Below, in pieces: positions 1 to 10,947 of a stretch of DNA of 64,000 nt. The translations under genes and the position numbers were made by a program. This DNA is from Podospora anserina (Eukaryota), in assembly GCA_017654855.1 (NCBI GenBank), contig CM030332.1:6138001-6202000 (forward strand). The letters run 5' to 3'. Position 1 is the first letter of the stretch. The number at the start of each line of letters is the position of its first letter. The notes beneath the pieces were generated by a model. The model did not search any database, was not told where the DNA came from, and was given only the letters and a program-made list of their open reading frames with translations.

Positions 1-241
1 CTTCGGGCACAGCGTCCACGCGCTCCCACTTTGCGCCGGCGTCGTTGGAGAGATAGACATTGCCATCATCGATATCCTGGAACAGCACTACATCCGAGTC
101 GGCAAAGTAGTTGATATTCATGGGTATATTTTCGAACTCTTTGGAGTGGAAGGTTGGGCGATCCTTCGCAGCAGCGAGGGGTGTCGCCCATAAGGCTGAG
201 GCCAGCAAGGCCGTGGCCTGCAAAGCTCTCCAAGCCTTCAT
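1..241 (-). CDS. VPS10: Vacuolar protein sorting receptor Vps10 (sortilin family), 5' end only; runs off the window edge
   Basis: Not in the ORF track. The minus strand from ATG at 241 reads MKAWRALQATALLASALWATPLAAAKDRPTFHSKEFENIPMNINYFADSDVVLFQDIDDGNVYLSNDAGAKWERVDAVPE. It has a signal peptide and an Asp-box/BNR motif (YLSNDAGAKW), matching the fungal Vps10 N-terminus as I recall it. Confidence 0.8.
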   Translation of the reverse strand, partial: MKAWRALQATALLASALWATPLAAAKDRPTFHSKEFENIPMNINYFADSDVVLFQDIDDGNVYLSNDAGAKWERVDAVPE

Positions 242-1266
242 GGTGCGTCGTTATCGAACCGGTCGTTCATCGACGAGGGAATCGATCGAGGGTGTATCAA
301 AGCTGAAGGCGCGGAAGGGGAAGGCTGACTGATGTTGGCTCGCAATGCGCAGACGAACAGGCAGCGTACAAAAGTGCCGAATGCGTGTGCGTTGCAGCAG
401 CGGGCAGCCAAGCTCGGCTCTTGGGCGTTGGACGACGATAAGATATTGGTAGGTTACGTTAGTGCCAAGCCTCGTCCTCCTCCTCGGTTGCTGCTACTGA
501 TGTTATCTTCGTTGCTAGGAGGAAATTGTGGGAAAAGGAGATAATCACGGCAAGGCTGATGAATCTGCTCGTCTATTCTAGGCTCAAGTCCAAGCTGTCT
601 TCTTCTCTGCGTGCAGTTGCAGCTGCAGCAAACCGTCCGTCACAAGCTGAGACGAAGGCTCACCAATAGCAGTTCACGCTGCCTGCCTGCGCCACAGTTG
701 GGGTTTCGGGCCGCGCGGTACTTGGAGCTTGCGCCTGTTTGCCACCTAAACGGGCGTACCTTACCCCTTATCTTATCCAGCACCTGAGTGGTTCGGGAGC
801 TCCACGATTATGAACGTGACTTTAGAGTAGACATCGAGATAAAAGAATAACAACTAATTACAAACCTAAGGAGATCTATACACAAAGGAAACAACAGTGT
901 CGACAGACAGACAGACAGACAGACAGAATATGTCACCCCCACCCACCTTACCAAAGACCCACAACATCTGACAATCTTCGAGTTCCATATAACGCCGAAA
1001 GCGCACGATATAAAAGTCCCTAACAAGTACACGGAAAGTAAGCCATCGACAGAGGCCCAACACCTGACCGGGAGGCAAAAATCCACCCTCGAGCTGCTTG
1101 CCCCTGTGACGACAGTGATTTTCCTATACCCGAACCTGTTTCGACGTAATTGAAGCAACAATAACCCATTCGACCCCATGTGAAATGACAAGTATACACA
1201 TTTAAACCGTAATATGCGATTCCAAATCCGCCACTTTCTCCTCATCCCCTACATTTCTAACGTGTA

Positions 1267-2649
1267 TTAGACCTGGAAGCTGCCGGGCTTCTTGAAAACA
1301 ATGTAAGCAGTGCCGCCAGGCTTGAGACCGACCTGTTTCATCATGTTAGCCTCTTTCGTTTTTATCAACATTAGCAGAATGATACATACGGTGCAGCCCT
1401 TGTCTTGAGAGTAAGTGCCGGCCTTGAGCCAGCAGGTACCAGAGATGTCACCCTCAACCTTGATGTCAAAGTTGAGAATGGCGTGGCTGGTAGGCAGGTT
1501 GGGGAAGACGGAAAGGAAGGTCTCGCCCGTCAAGCTCTTGCCGACACCGATGTTGGTGGGGGACCAATTGCCGGCAGAATCGGGGTACTTCTCGCTCTTC
1601 CACTTGCAGGCCTCCTGAACGGGGACACCGGCGTTGTTGACGTAGTATTGAGCCGTGGTGGGCTTGCCTTCCCACTTGTAGTAGGTCCTGGAGTCGGGGT
1701 TGGTCAAAGGATAGGTTCCGCCGGGCTGAGTATCAACGGGGATGATCATGTTCTCGTTGCCAGGATAGTCGGTACGGCAAACAGCAGCGTTGTCATCGAG
1801 CTCGTTGCGGACAAAGACACCACCGGCGCCAGCCTCGCAAAGAGTCTTGACGGAGGGGCGGGTGAGCTCCAAGAAACCATCCGCATTGCACCAAAGGCCA
1901 CCGACAGACTGGCCGGTGGCACCCTGCTCCTCGGGCCACTGGGTCTTCTGGTAACCGGGAGGGCAGGCATAAGAGCACATCATCTTGGGCCCGCAGGTGC
2001 CATCAACAGGCTGGTCAATGTTGTCAACGGCCTTGCCCTTGACCCAGTCGCCAAAGCTGGCCAAAGTGGTCCAGCCGCGAGTGGTAGACCAGGGAATCTT
2101 GACAGCACCATAGTCGGTAGGAACCTCACTGCAACGAATCTTGCCGCTGGGAAATTCGGCGTCCAGACCGGTTCCCTTGGGAACCTCGGGCTCCTCCTCC
2201 TCCTCCTCTTCCTTCTCAGGTTCCGGCTCCTCGGTAGCCTTGACCTTGGGAGCCTCTGAAGTTGTGGTGGGTTCGGGCTTGGCGCTGGTGGTCTTCTCGA
2301 AGAACTGACCACCATGCTCGGGGAGAACGATCGAGGTGGTGACGGAAGGGGGAGGGGCGCTGAAGGAAGGCTTCGACGACCCAACAACAGCGAACTGGCC
2401 GGCGGCGATACCCTCCTGAGCCTTCTCCTCGGGGATGACCTGGCCGTCAAGAACGTACTTGACAACGGTGGGGCCCTCAACAACCTCGGTGATGATGACG
2501 GTCTTGTCGGTGCGCTTCTCAAGTTCAACGGGCGACTGATTGTGCTTGCGGGCATGACGGTGGAGGTGGGCGTGACCGTGGTTATGGGGCTGAGCGACAA
2601 CGCCGGCAACAACCGCCGCGGCGACGGCAGTTTTGAAAAGTCCCTTCAT
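1267..2649 (-). CDS. SUN-family (GH132, Sim1/Uth1/Nca3/Sun4-like) secreted beta-1,3-glucanase; intron 1333-1389
   Basis: Signal peptide, His-rich propeptide ending in KR, and a Ser/Thr/Glu linker. SUN motif C-x5-C-x3-C-x24-C (CGPKMMCSYACPPG...GGLWC), plus VCRTDYPGNE and AGNWSP. The 57-nt intron is GTATGT..GCTAAC..CAG. Confidence 0.92.
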   Translation of the reverse strand: MKGLFKTAVAAAVVAGVVAQPHNHGHAHLHRHARKHNQSPVELEKRTDKTVIITEVVEGPTVVKYVLDGQVIPEEKAQEGIAAGQFAVVGSSKPSFSAPPPSVTTSIVLPEHGGQFFEKTTSAKPEPTTTSEAPKVKATEEPEPEKEEEEEEEPEVPKGTGLDAEFPSGKIRCSEVPTDYGAVKIPWSTTRGWTTLASFGDWVKGKAVDNIDQPVDGTCGPKMMCSYACPPGYQKTQWPEEQGATGQSVGGLWCNADGFLELTRPSVKTLCEAGAGGVFVRNELDDNAAVCRTDYPGNENMIIPVDTQPGGTYPLTNPDSRTYYKWEGKPTTAQYYVNNAGVPVQEACKWKSEKYPDSAGNWSPTNIGVGKSLTGETFLSVFPNLPTSHAILNFDIKVEGDISGTCWLKAGTYSQDKGCTVCIILLMLIKTKEANMMKQVGLKPGGTAYIVFKKPGSFQV

Positions 2650-5600
2650 CTTGATAGTGTGTCTGAGCGTATAGCTTTGTCGTCGTGACTATTTTTCCGT
2701 CGCAAGTGTCTGGAATGTTTCTGTTCAAGATTAACCACTGGCCTGTCGTGGCGCGCCTGGTCAAGAAAGATTGACAGCCTCCGCCTCCGCCTCCGCCTGA
2801 GCCTGAGCCTCCGCTCATCGCAAATGATGTCTCCATTATTCTGTTTACAGTACCGGGATCGTGTGGATGGCCAACATCTGGGTTCGGAGATCGGGGCTCG
2901 AAACAACGGCCAACGTAGACGAGAGCGGCGGGGTTGGAGATCGGGTCTTCGGGAACGTGGGAAACTAACCTGTTGTTTTGTTTTGATCGGATGCTACAGG
3001 TACAGTACAGTACAATCGCAAGGTTCCAAAGGAATGTGGTAGAGAGCCGAAAACTCTCTGTTGGCTGGAAGACTTGTCGCGCAAAGAGAGTGTGCGGTGA
3101 CAAGAGTGGAAAACGAGTGTGCAACAGTTCAAGGGAGTGGTGAACTGAAGAAGGAGAAATGGGGTCTCGAGCGGTGGAGCGGTCAGGGCGAGCGGCGGAT
3201 GGCCAGACTGAGTCCAAGGGGGAAAATGAGGAGGAAATGAGCGTCAACCGGGGTGCCTGAGCTTGGATGGCCGCCAAGCACTGGGCGTTGACCTTGACGG
3301 TGGGGATCCCCTTCCTTGGCGAGATTGCCCAAATTTGGGAGTGGGCGGCTACTGCAGGTACCATCGTCGCTGTGACGGCAGAGCCAGATGCCCACCGGCA
3401 CAGGACGTCAGCGCGTCGAGGGAGAACTCTGTCTGAAACAACCCATCCAACCATACCTCACGACAGCTTCAACAACATCGCAACCGTTCAAGCGGTCGTT
3501 GACTAATTCGATCGCGGAGAGGTTCGACCAAGCCTTGCCAACAACAGTGGCGCGAAATCTCACGAGAGCCAAGACTGCCAGATGGAAAGCTGCCAAGCTC
3601 GCGACGGATCAAGCTCCTTTCGTGAGGAGTTTCTCCCCGATTTTCCAGGGCCCAGACTGTTGGCCCTCCGGATAGGTTCCGGCATTTAGGTCTTGGGAAT
3701 GAGCGGTGACGCCTGGGTGTCCTCTTTTGCGCGGGAGTAGAGAAGATTGTCCTCGTTTCGAGATCCATTCGAGTTCCAATTTATTTTCTTGTCAACGCAT
3801 GGCAAAGGCGTGTTGATGAGATGATATAGTAAATTGCATTGTCGTGTCCTGTCGAGTCGAGTCCATCTGTACAACGTGCCTCGCATCGTTCCATCGGCCG
3901 CCGGCGTCGATAACTCTCAGATAGTACCTGACTAAACCCGATTAGGAACATCAACAGCCAATCCGCAACCTTTCTGCAAATCTTGGGGGAAAAAAGCAGC
4001 CACCCGACTTTATGCCGTGCCGACACTGCTGACTCGACAAAGCACGACAGGAATAGACAAAACGACGAGCTCGTTGGTCGCAACGGTCGAAACGACATGC
4101 ACCGCAACGGTGGTGTTCACCATCCTCCCGGGCTTCATCGTCTCTGGGGTTCTGAGGCGCGGTCGGTCCAAGCCGGCAGTTCTTTATTAGCGTCCCCGGA
4201 AACTTGACGATCACTCGTGTTGCGAGAGTCCACACCTGGCTAGAACTCGGCCAGGTTGTTGAGATCCGTTGATCCTTTCGCTTCTTGCCGCCTCGATGAC
4301 CTCCGCTCACGACCCGAAACAACAATATTTTTCCTGAATGGCTGACAAACAAGGCCGGCCAAGTGAAGTGTTTGTTTTCGTAGCCCGCGGGCTATCATCA
4401 CTCGTCTTTGGTGTTCAGCCGAGCTATGCCAACAAACCGACTTACACGTCAGCCACTGCGTATTGGCTACACTTCGCAATGTCGAAGAAACACAACCTGC
4501 CGTCGTGTTATCAGGCATCTGAGCACAGATCCAGATCAGGATATGCTGTGTCTGTTTGAGCAAGACACACACTCACCTATCCCACTCGCACATAGCCGAA
4601 AGACGTCAAGTTTCACAGGCACGACATCAACCGCTGACCTGGGAACTGCTGCCACGTTGTCTGCCAAAAAAGGCTTGTTAATGGGGATCCCGCATGGCTT
4701 TACTGACGCCGACTTGTGACGGCTCGGTCAAGCGGCGCAACGGCAGTTCGGTTGTCGATGGTGCACCTTTAGAGGTGGAGGGGTAGTATGCTGTGTATCC
4801 TGCCAATGTCTTGATTGCGGCGTTCTGACGAGGCCCTCAAGTAGATGAATGGTCCAGTCTATATTGGCCTTGAGTGGCTCATGCTGTATGTTGCGTGCCT
4901 TCAGTTAATATTGCTGTAAACTTTGGCCTGGTACCTATCTAGTAGGCCCTTTGGGAGCCTATGTCCTAAGAAACCTTTGACGCCAGTCTGGTCTGCCTAG
5001 CTTGCGTAGTTTATTTTTGTTCGGTTGAGAGAATTACCTTCATTGCCTCTCTAGACTTCTGGCGATGTTGTCTCACACCACACAGTATTAGCGCTCTAAA
5101 GCATTGGTCTCTTTCTCGGCTGCCTTGCGGCGGAGTTTACCTTCTTTGTATTGTTATCAGCTTAGGCATAGTCGATTCATGAATTCTGCTTCATCATGTG
5201 GCATTCAAGTACACTTCACCATCTCTAAAGGGCTATACTATGCTTCGGTGGATGGCACACTGGAGAGCGTTTTTCCTGTCCAGCATGGTGTTTTCGGTAA
5301 AAGTATGGAACGATCTACATTATTATGGGCTACCGCTTCAGGAGAGCAGAGTGGTATGAGGTGCTTCAGCAGAAGCCCATTTCTTCAAATTTTATTCATC
5401 GGTAGACACGTGAATTATGGGTGCTTTCAGGTTTGTTGAGTCTTGTTTGGTATCACTACCTGTGACTTGTGCGTCAGCTGGTCGATAGGTGATTCATCAC
5501 AATCATAAGTCACGGGTATTGATAACAAACAAGACTCTACAAACCTGAGATCAGAGTACGAGAGGTTCATCGTAGGTAGAAGGCCTCCAGCAGCGTCCTT

Positions 5601-7635
5601 CACATATGACATAACTGCGAATGTTGGTGAGCGGCACCACTATCCCACCAATCGCAAAGAAAGAGCCTCATACGATTTCTTCAGCTTTTGCAAAACCATA
5701 GCTAACTCTTAGTTTTTTAACCAATAACGCTACAAGACTGTGTTGACATGCATGTAAGCAGCTGGAAACCCATAGAAGAGAGGCAACCAGTAATCAGTCG
5801 CGAGCTCTTATTCGTCAAACTATGAAATCGACGCATTGTCCCCTCGACGTCACTCCTATGACGATCATTTTACACAAGGGCCTTCCAGCCTCGGGATGGC
5901 ACGAGAAGTTCATGCCCTCGAAACCCGGGTCTGAAGTTCTGTGTCGGAAGAAAGAAAGACTTGGGATGTTATTTCTTCCGAATTAGGAAGACCTTGGATG
6001 TGACAACCTGGGATACCGCTGGGTGATGATGCTCGGATGGCGAAGATCTTTCATGCAGGGACCATCAACTCCCCGAGTCTCTCCCTTTCTGAGGGTTTCT
6101 TGTGAGAGTGATACAGCTGCAATCACGGAGACTTAAGATGACAACAAGAGCCACCTGCTACAGAGGGCCACTTGGGCGATGTACAGTATCATCGAAAGTC
6201 GTCATTCGTCATTGACAAGATTTGTTATGGATGATGTGGCGCTGCTGAGGTCCCCTTACGGCTGAAGAAATGCAGCGGCATCGAGAGGGGTGTGGGTGGT
6301 TGCGCCACTTCTGTTAAGGAGTACCTGGAGTCAGCCTGCCGCTTGCTGACTAGCCAGCTGGCATAAACGCCTTCATCGAGTTCATCGTCATCAACAAGTC
6401 AGCACAGCCACCTATCAATCCTTCGTGTTGCGCAGTGATTGTGCCGGTACTTTTCTCTCACGGCAGCCTGCCTCAAAAGCCCCTACACTAAGTCTGATGT
6501 CGACAGCGATGGTTTTCTACCCTCATCGTAGGCTGCCGACTCTGCTATTTTGCTGTAGGACAGATTGGGCCCGAGAGGACCTGATCCGTTGTCGTGGCGT
6601 GCAGTCGATCTGCCAAGACGCCGAAAGTGTCGATGATTGCGCCTCAACACAGGCATCACAGAAGTGCCAGCCCCGTTGTTGGTGGCCGACGTCCCATTCA
6701 GGTCTCCTCTGCGCCGCAAACTGACATGCAGCCCGTGTCTTCCTTTCCCACGCCGGGCAACACACGCTGCTGGAACTGGACTGTGTGACGCCAGCTTTCT
6801 GGGGTTTTCTGCAGACTCGGCCTGCTGGTAACCCTACAGTGCCTACCTCCCCTCATCCCATCCAAACATGTCAGGTACGCTGAGAATGTGAAGAACGGGA
6901 AGGTGTGAGACAACTCATCCAACGTTAACAATTGATGAGGTTGGTGGCTTGATAGACCCCAAAACGGTTTAAGCGGCCGGTCTCCAGCCTCTCAACGACG
7001 TGGTTGCCCTCACTCAGAGCTTGGACCCTCTCTTGTACTCCTTAACAGACGTTCGGGCTTTTCCCGAACGTCGCACACGCGCTTCACAGCTGGCAGTGAC
7101 CCCACAGGTCCGGGGGGCCACAGCGCCCATTTTTCTTCCTCAAGGTCCCCATCGCCTCAGCCTTCTTTCAACACCTTGCTTGGACTTTTGAGGCTCATTC
7201 ACTTTCCCCAAGTCATCCAAGTCACACCGGATTCCAGAGACACCACCAGAGCGTCTGTTCAAAGCAAGAAACGTACGCTCCAAGGCCCCAATTGTAGTCA
7301 GACCACCGCAGACTTGTAATACCAGTAATTCTCTTCACTCCCCAATAGCCGTATCCAACGAAACCTCTGGCGGCCTTGCATCCCTCGGTCCTCGAACCCC
7401 GAAGCTCTCGCCACGATTCCCAGCTTCCCCAGCCACACCTCGACAGCCTCGAGCATTCCCATTATCACCGTCAACAACAACAGCAAATACTTGCCTCGGG
7501 CAATGCGTCTCGTCTGCCGGTGACATCCTGATTGCGACGGCATTATACTCGGGAGCCCCCAAAGTAAAAATCTGTGACTTTGGGTACCACCTATCTCCTT
7601 GAATTCCCCAACGGCAAAGCCACAGCGCGATCCTT

Positions 7636-9639
7636 ATGGCCTCGAATCGAGGACCCACCGCGACAGAAGCTCAAGCTCCTCGCGCGCCCGCGACGGCGCT
7701 CACAGCCCAGAGGTCGCTGAAGCGCGCTCGCGAGACTACCCCGACATCGCCAGAGTCTGCCCACTCGGGTGATCTCTCCCCATCCAAAATCGCTCGCCTG
7801 ATGGGGCTACATACACCCACTCTGACCGGCGCCGCCGCCCTCGAGGAGGAGAGACGACGGCGAGAGGAAGAGCATCAGCATCAGCAGCTGGCCTCGTTGG
7901 AGACGAGTGAAAACCCCAACCATAGGGCGATTGAAGAGCTCATGTCGGGCGTAGTGAACGCGTTGAGTCGGTCACACGATGCACCGGCGCCCGCCCCTCC
8001 ACCGACGGGGGTCTCAGAGATCGAGGCAGCTGCCGCCGCAGCGGCCAGGGCCTTGAGCTCAGTCACTATACCAACGGGGGAGAACCCAATCAGCGAGCTA
8101 CAAGATGTCAGCCCCCAGAGCGGGACAAGCGGAGCGAGTCTCGAGGATGCTGAAGGACAGGTTGTGCACAGCCCTGCAGCAATGGACATTGACGGGCGTG
8201 GTGATCAACGCATGTATGCGCCGCAGCCAGATGCTCAGATGGATGAAAAAACGGCCAATTCTCTTTCATACCCGGGAGTTCTCTCACCACAGGGCAACAT
8301 GCCGGCACCTGGTGCTCCCCAAAGGGGGATGAGCATGCCTATGCCACCATCCCAGGGCTCCGACATGGAGCCTCGGTCACCTGGTAACAGCAACAAGAAG
8401 CATAAATGCCCGTACTGCCAAACGGAATTTACACGTCATCATAATCTGAAGAGTCATCTTCTCACCCACAGTCAGGAGAAGCCGTTTATCTGCAGCCACT
8501 GCCAGCAACGCTTCAGACGTCTCCATGACCTTAAACGGCACGGGAAGCTACATACTGGCGAAAAGCCGCATGTTTGCCCCAAGTGCGACAGGAAATTTGC
8601 TAGGGGAGATGCCCTGGCGAGACACAGCAAAGGAGCAGGTGGCTGCGCCGGGCGAAGATCAAGCATGGCCGGCTTTGGCGAGGAAGATTACGAGGCCAGT
8701 GGTGCAGATGACTCTGCCATGTCTGGTGTTTTGTACGATGCCAATGCGAGCGGCGATATGGCGGACGATGAGCGGCGACGCTCGTTGCCTAGCATCAAGG
8801 CTCAACACGTTCCCGGACAGCCAGGCGTGGACGGCTATGCCGCGCATTCCAACACATATCCCCCGGTTGGACAGCGACCAGGTGGCTTATATCCTCCCAA
8901 CGTCGACCGTGGTTCTACAAGTTCTAATACTTCACCCACCGTTCCCAACAACCACACCCCTCACACGAGCATCTCCTCGGTGCCTTTAAGCGCTGGAGGT
9001 GCTTCTATGTATTCCCAGAGCGGCATGACGGAGAGTCCCAAACCCCTGAGCCCCGGAGCAGCACAGGCCAACCAGGGTCTTCTCCAGCGATCGCCGCACG
9101 AGACCCATCAGGCGGCTTCGGGGCTGTCTCTTCCAGCGCACGGTATGTCACCAACAGCTAAGCAAGCCTGGCTCTCCCAGTATCCCCCTGCTGACCGAGA
9201 TGCTATCAAAGGCAACACCGCGCCAACCGCTCAAGCCACGGGACGCGGTCGTGGTCGCGCTGCTAGCGGAGCGGCACCGCCAGCCCAAGGGGCACCTCCT
9301 GCAGACGGCAACCTATTTGGGGCGGAACAACAACAACCTTACTGGGTGTTGCTCCAACATTTCGACGAGCGTCTGAAACAAATGCAAGACCAAGTGGCCG
9401 CTGAGATTTCAAAGGCCAGTGCCCCGCTGTTGGAAAAGATCAATATCCAGGATCAGCACATTGCGGCTCTGTCCGCCGAGGTGGCTTCGTTACGGCAGCA
9501 GTTGCAAGGGCAACAAGAACCGCCGTTACCACAGGGGCAAGAGCAGCAAGAAGCGGAGCAGCCACAGCATCAGCAATTACAGGAGCAGCAGCCGCAGCAG
9601 CAGCCTGAGGCGCCAAATGAGGTAGCAGTGCAAGAGTAG
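7636..9639 (+). CDS. C2H2 zinc-finger transcription factor (Crz1/Prz1-like finger array)
   Basis: 667-aa ORF with CPYC..HLLTH-SQEKPF-CSHC..HGKLH-TGEKPH-CPKC..FARGDALARH, and a Q-rich, coiled-coil-like C-terminus. Confidence 0.92.
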   Translation: MASNRGPTATEAQAPRAPATALTAQRSLKRARETTPTSPESAHSGDLSPSKIARLMGLHTPTLTGAAALEEERRRREEEHQHQQLASLETSENPNHRAIEELMSGVVNALSRSHDAPAPAPPPTGVSEIEAAAAAAARALSSVTIPTGENPISELQDVSPQSGTSGASLEDAEGQVVHSPAAMDIDGRGDQRMYAPQPDAQMDEKTANSLSYPGVLSPQGNMPAPGAPQRGMSMPMPPSQGSDMEPRSPGNSNKKHKCPYCQTEFTRHHNLKSHLLTHSQEKPFICSHCQQRFRRLHDLKRHGKLHTGEKPHVCPKCDRKFARGDALARHSKGAGGCAGRRSSMAGFGEEDYEASGADDSAMSGVLYDANASGDMADDERRRSLPSIKAQHVPGQPGVDGYAAHSNTYPPVGQRPGGLYPPNVDRGSTSSNTSPTVPNNHTPHTSISSVPLSAGGASMYSQSGMTESPKPLSPGAAQANQGLLQRSPHETHQAASGLSLPAHGMSPTAKQAWLSQYPPADRDAIKGNTAPTAQATGRGRGRAASGAAPPAQGAPPADGNLFGAEQQQPYWVLLQHFDERLKQMQDQVAAEISKASAPLLEKINIQDQHIAALSAEVASLRQQLQGQQEPPLPQGQEQQEAEQPQHQQLQEQQPQQQPEAPNEVAVQE

Positions 9640-10947
9640 GAACGCTTGCAGCTGGCTTATACAGGTTCCGAAGGAAGCGATGGGGGAGCTCAAGGCTCCT
9701 TGCAGCGGATTGGGATCAATATGCGTCACGCACTGGAGGAGAGGGGGTGGACAAATAGTCCGAGTTATTCTGTGCATTTGGGGGGGTTTTGACACCCAGT
9801 CTGGTAAGGCCACCGCTACCATGCGATAGTGAAGGATAGATGGAGGGAGGGTATCCAAAGAAACAAACAATAGTGGTGTTTGGCGAGAAGAGAAGGGCGG
9901 TAGCGGCCAAACATCCCCAGGAACTGTGGGCTAAGCGCGGGGGGTTGTAACTACTACATTCTGTTTGCATCTTTGTTGCACATATTTGGAAGCTAGTTTC
10001 TAGGGCAGAAGTTTTCGGTCATCAGGGCTGGGTAATGGTGAGAACAGTTATGTTCTTGGGGCATGCCCATATAGTGACATTGTATGAGAGGGGGGTTATC
10101 CATTGGCGCTATTTAGATCAGTGTGCCTCGAGGCAATAAAAGGTCTATTTTATATGTATTGGGCGGGCGGGCGGCTGAGATTTCTCCTTCCATGATTGTA
10201 TTATATAGTGATGAGAAAGCAACAGCCTCTGGTTCTTCAATCCCGTCTGTGAATGCCTGCCCAAAAACGTGTTACATCTTTTGAGCAGGGCCAGGGGGCG
10301 GGGCTTTTGGAAAAGTCTTGGCGACAGGTGACAGCCACCGGGGGGGCGGCCCCACCGGGACGTCATCACCTGGAATGGGTTCGGCTCGGCTCTTAGCGGC
10401 ACGTAATACGGCGCAAGGTGGAAGGAAGGGCAGTAAGCTCAGGGTTCAAGTCATCTAACCATCTCATGAGGCTCTTCTCACGTTTGCTGCCATTTTCATT
10501 GAAACAAAGAAGGAGCACGACGTTTGATAATTCGAAGCTTTTTGTTATCATCAGCTCGGCGAAACTTTGTAAGTTGTGAGAACTTACATCGTAAACACGT
10601 CTTGATAAGAAGCCGAATCTCCCGATCCGTCCACCCTCCCTCCCATCGTGCACGTCCACTATCTACCTTCGACAACGCGGGTTAGAAAGTTAAACTTTGG
10701 GACCGACAGATTCCCCAATTCCAGTGCACGAATAGTGTTTTTTTTAATGGGATTAGGGATCGCGCGTCCGGAGTCTGTGTTTAGGGGGAAAGTTTGATAG
10801 GTACCTACCTCCTAGATTGGGTGTTATCCCCCCCCCCCTTTCCTTTTCTTTTGTTCTCTCTTGCTAAGGTGAGCAGTGGATTTATTCTCTTTTTGTTTCG
10901 TTCATTTTTTGGCTACTGTTGTTGTTGTTGTTGTTGTATAGTTCATC

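Noticed and set aside
1405-2688. Long antisense and alternative-frame ORFs over the SUN gene (likewise 23249-24568 and 58860-59840)
   Set aside because: These are shadow ORFs caused by strong codon bias or repeats in the real gene on the opposite strand.
4850-5850. Mildly AT-rich stretch as a RIP-degraded transposon or 5S rRNA
   Set aside because: No terminal repeats, transposase/RT motifs or 5S internal boxes could be recognised.
7503-7523. Six-codon uORF (MRLVCR) upstream of the C2H2 gene
   Set aside because: It is very short and the TSS is unknown, so it cannot be distinguished from chance.
9640-9792. 50-codon open extension after the C2H2 gene's TAG (stop-loss editing or readthrough)
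   Set aside because: The length is within chance expectation, and there is no targeting motif or recognisable domain.
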